Assembly: GCA_973895155.1 (NCBI GenBank) | Contig: OZ316892.1 | Coordinates: forward strand, 30,138,932-30,202,931 | Length of the DNA: 64,000 nucleotides | Direction of reading: 5' to 3' | Origin: Marsupella aquatica | Lineage: Eukaryota; Plantae; Marchantiophyta | Part shown: piece by piece, positions 60,907-64,000 of the stretch | How positions within the stretch are numbered: position 1 is the stretch's first letter | How the letters are laid out: every line of letters starts with the position of its first letter | Notes under the pieces: generated by a model | What the model was told of the DNA's origin: nothing | Database searches by the model: none | What the model saw: the letters and a program-made list of their open reading frames with translations, nothing else | Position numbers and translations under genes: made by a program

Positions 60907-63900
60907 TTGCACCTAGTGGAGTCGCTTGCATTTTGTGCTGGTCGATCTGATCGTGGGTTGTGGTGCTCACAGAGGAAGCCCAGAACACCTGACTTTAATC
61001 ATAAGATGACAAGGAAAGCCCTTTGGGTGGATGCCTGCTCCACTCCAGCATGGGCGAAGGCAAGGCTCAAATTGATTACTCAAGGCAGATTGGAATCTCG
61101 TGCATATGGAATTTTGGGCCCCGTCATCCGGCAGATGTCTGGCGTGGCAAAAATTTACAGCCCGTGCCTACAGCGGGTGCAGCACGAGCTCGACACATTT
61201 CGTGATCAGTGGAGGCTTCAGAAGAAGGTTGTCGAGCTGTATGGGAGGGAAGTTCAATCAGCACAGCCTGAATACAACGGGGAAGCTGAAGCCCGCGCTG
61301 GTTTTCAAAGTGTAACGGGGCATAACATCCATGTAGCACAGCTGGAGGCACCATCCCCTCAAACTCGTCCAGGAGCTGCCAAGTGGAGGGAAGCTGCAAA
61401 GGTGATCGAGCAGAAGCGGAACAAGTGGAGGCTTCAGAAGAATGCTGCCGTGTATGGGAGGGAAGCTCAATCAGCACAGCCTGAGTACAACGGGGAAGCT
61501 GAAGCCCGCGCTGGTTTTCAAAGTGTAACGGGGCATGACAACCATATTGCACAGCTGGAGGCACCATCCCCTCAAACTCGCCCAGGAGCTGCCAAGTGGA
61601 GGGAAGCTGCAAAGATGATCGAGCATAAGCGGAACCCTTCACGTAAAGTCGTTGGTGGGATTGATCGTCAACAGAACACTGACAGCTTGAAAGTGCAACT
61701 CGAACGAACAGGTGACATAAAATCGAAATTAACCAGATGTATAACAGCGGATGGTGTACAAGATATTCGAGAGCCGGAACCTCTATCCAGGGAGGAAGAG
61801 GAGCAATCGTCAGCTATCTGTGAAGAAGCGGTGACTGAGAATTTAGGAAGGCAACACCTGATAACCAAGGAGCTGCTCAGGAAAGAAAATTGGAGGGAGG
61901 CAGGGCTCGATTTGATTGGCCAAGGCGGATTGCGATCTCTTTCCAATTGTGGCAGCAGAGATTGGTCTCGAAACAATGCACAACGGAATGGCAGTAGTGA
62001 CATGCATAGCGCGGGGACCACGAGTCAAGCAGTTACTGTGTTGCAGAATCGTCTACAACGAGGCATTACTACGAACTCGTACACATATGTGAAAGTTCTG
62101 CAGATGTGCTCGAAACACAAAGACCTTTTAGCCGCGAAGCAGGTGCAACACCACATCATCCAGAGTGGGATGGACAAGAATGAATATGTGGCGGTAACCC
62201 TCCTGAATGTGTATATCAAATGTGGGGCATTGTTGGATGCCCGCCGAGTTTTTGATCAACTTGACAAGAAAAGTGTTATTACTTGGAACAACATGATTGC
62301 AGGATATGCTAAGAATGATCATGCTGAATCTGCACTAAAGCTTTTCAATCAAATGCGCCAAGAAGGCGTACAGCCTAATGAGAACACATATCTGAGCATC
62401 CTGAAGGCATGTGCCTACCCGTCAGCTCTAAAATGGGGAAAGGAAGTTCATGTGTATATTCGACAGACTGGCTTTGAATCAGATGTGCGTGTAGGGACTG
62501 CCCTCCTACTGATGTATGCAAAGAGTGGCACTATCGATGACGCCCGACTAGTTTTTGACAGAATGGAGAAACGTGATGGAGTGACATGGAATGCGATGCT
62601 TAGAGCATATGCAGAAACTGGTCATGGTGTGGAAGCATATCGACTATTCCTCCAAATGAGACGGGAAGGATTCGAACCAGATGCAATCACTTATCTGAGC
62701 ATCCTGAATGCATCTGCAAGTGAGGGTGCTTTGGAATGGGTGAAGGAGATTCATGGCCACGCTAGCAAAGCCGGACTGGAGTCGGATTTGCGTGTGGGCA
62801 ATGCACTCGTTCACATGTATGCAAAGAGTGGCAGTATAGATAATGCTCGACTGGTTTTTGACAGAATGGAGAAACGCGATGTAATCACATGGAATGTAAT
62901 GATAGGAGGACTTGCACAAGATGGATGTGGGCATGAAGCATATCGATTGTTTCTCCAAATGAGAAGGGAAGGCTTTGAACCAGATGCATTCACTTATGTG
63001 AGTATTCTGAGTGCATCTGCAAGTCCGGGGGCTTTGCAGTGGGTGAAGGAGGTTCATGGCCACGCTAGCAAAGCCCGACTTGAGTCGAAGTTGCGTGTGG
63101 GCAGTGCACTCGTTCACATGTATACCAAGAGTGGCAGTATAGATGATGCCCGACTGGTTTTCGACAAAATGGAGAAACGTGACGTTGTAATATGGAATAC
63201 CATGATTGGGGGACTTGCACAACATGGATGTGGGTATGAAGCATATCGATTGTTTCTCCAAATGAGACGGGAAGGCTTCGAACCAGATGCAATCACTTAT
63301 CTTAGCATCCTGAATGCATCTGCAAGTGCGCGAGCTTTGGAGTGGGTGAAGGAGGTTCATGGCCACGCTAGCAAAGCCGGACTGGAGTCGGATTTGCGTG
63401 TGGGCAATGCACTGGTTCACATGTATGCAAAGAGTGGCAGTATAGATAATGCTCGACTGGTTTTTGACAGAATGGAGAAACGCGATGTATTCACATGGAA
63501 CATAATGATCGGTGGACTTGCACAACATGGATGTGGGGAGGGAGCATATAGACTGTTTCTTCAAATGAGACGTGAAGGCTTCGAAGCAAATGCATTTACT
63601 TATGCTAGTATTCTCAATGCATCTGCAAGTGAGGGGGCTTTGGAATGGGTGAAGGAAGTTCATGGCCATGCTAGCAAAGCGGGACTAGAGTTAGATTTGC
63701 GTGTGGGTAGTGCGCTGGTTCACATGTATGCAAAAAGTGGCAGTATAGATGATGCCCGACTGGTTTTTGACAGAATGGAGAAACGCGATGTATTCACATG
63801 GAACATAATGATCGGTGGACTTGCACAACATGGATGTGGGGAGGAAGCATTTAGACTGTTTCTTCAAATGAGACGTGAAGGCTTCGAAGCAAATGCATTT

Positions 63901-64000
63901 ACTTATGCTAGTATTCTCAATGCATCTGCAAGTGAGGGGGCTTTGGAATGGGTGAAGGAAGTTCATGGCCATGCTAGCATAGCGGGACTAGAGTCAGATT
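60907..64000 (+). CDS. PLS-class PPR protein (gene 4), 3' end beyond the window; inverted paralog of gene 3
   Basis: Manually translated open frame from TTG 60907 (first ATG 61006) to the window end: N-terminal extension, L-S, then at least 6 P motifs in 303-bp units. A DYW domain is expected but not visible. Confidence 0.92.
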   Translation, partial: MHLVESLAFCAGRSDRGLWCSQRKPRTPDFNHKMTRKALWVDACSTPAWAKARLKLITQGRLESRAYGILGPVIRQMSGVAKIYSPCLQRVQHELDTFRDQWRLQKKVVELYGREVQSAQPEYNGEAEARAGFQSVTGHNIHVAQLEAPSPQTRPGAAKWREAAKVIEQKRNKWRLQKNAAVYGREAQSAQPEYNGEAEARAGFQSVTGHDNHIAQLEAPSPQTRPGAAKWREAAKMIEHKRNPSRKVVGGIDRQQNTDSLKVQLERTGDIKSKLTRCITADGVQDIREPEPLSREEEEQSSAICEEAVTENLGRQHLITKELLRKENWREAGLDLIGQGGLRSLSNCGSRDWSRNNAQRNGSSDMHSAGTTSQAVTVLQNRLQRGITTNSYTYVKVLQMCSKHKDLLAAKQVQHHIIQSGMDKNEYVAVTLLNVYIKCGALLDARRVFDQLDKKSVITWNNMIAGYAKNDHAESALKLFNQMRQEGVQPNENTYLSILKACAYPSALKWGKEVHVYIRQTGFESDVRVGTALLLMYAKSGTIDDARLVFDRMEKRDGVTWNAMLRAYAETGHGVEAYRLFLQMRREGFEPDAITYLSILNASASEGALEWVKEIHGHASKAGLESDLRVGNALVHMYAKSGSIDNARLVFDRMEKRDVITWNVMIGGLAQDGCGHEAYRLFLQMRREGFEPDAFTYVSILSASASPGALQWVKEVHGHASKARLESKLRVGSALVHMYTKSGSIDDARLVFDKMEKRDVVIWNTMIGGLAQHGCGYEAYRLFLQMRREGFEPDAITYLSILNASASARALEWVKEVHGHASKAGLESDLRVGNALVHMYAKSGSIDNARLVFDRMEKRDVFTWNIMIGGLAQHGCGEGAYRLFLQMRREGFEANAFTYASILNASASEGALEWVKEVHGHASKAGLELDLRVGSALVHMYAKSGSIDDARLVFDRMEKRDVFTWNIMIGGLAQHGCGEEAFRLFLQMRREGFEANAFTYASILNASASEGALEWVKEVHGHASIAGLESD

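Noticed and set aside
62644-63972. Antisense ORFs of 341 and 93 aa (and similar ones at 1202-2933, 8702-11446, 37105-38532)
   Set aside because: These are shadows of the repetitive PPR coding strand.

Overview
Eukaryotic plant nuclear DNA, probably a bryophyte (inferred from moss/liverwort-style PLS-DYW PPR proteins, TTTAGGG repeats and the retroelement ORFs). The window holds a cluster of four paralogous PLS-class PPR genes (candidate organellar C-to-U RNA-editing factors): three complete DYW genes on the minus strand, and a fourth on the plus strand that runs off the window and is missing from the ORF track. Their arrays are built from a 303-bp P-L-S unit whose copy number (5, 6, 2, >=6) and RNA-recognition residues differ between paralogs. 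Their 5' regions are mosaics: multi-exon leaders, captured chaperonin-60 exons, and a ~99% identical 1.48-kb upstream segment shared by genes 2 and 3. The intervening DNA is nested, decayed mobile elements: L1 LINEs, Copia and Gypsy pieces, CRE-clade RLE retrotransposons and a 3.95-kb solo LTR with target-site duplication. Two remnants stand out. One is a RecQ helicase gene resembling fungal telomere-linked helicases, with a possible tyrosine-recombinase tail and Cys/His-rich C-terminus, split by the solo LTR. The other is an N4/N6 DNA-methyltransferase-like fragment. All family assignments are motif recognition by eye; no database search was run.
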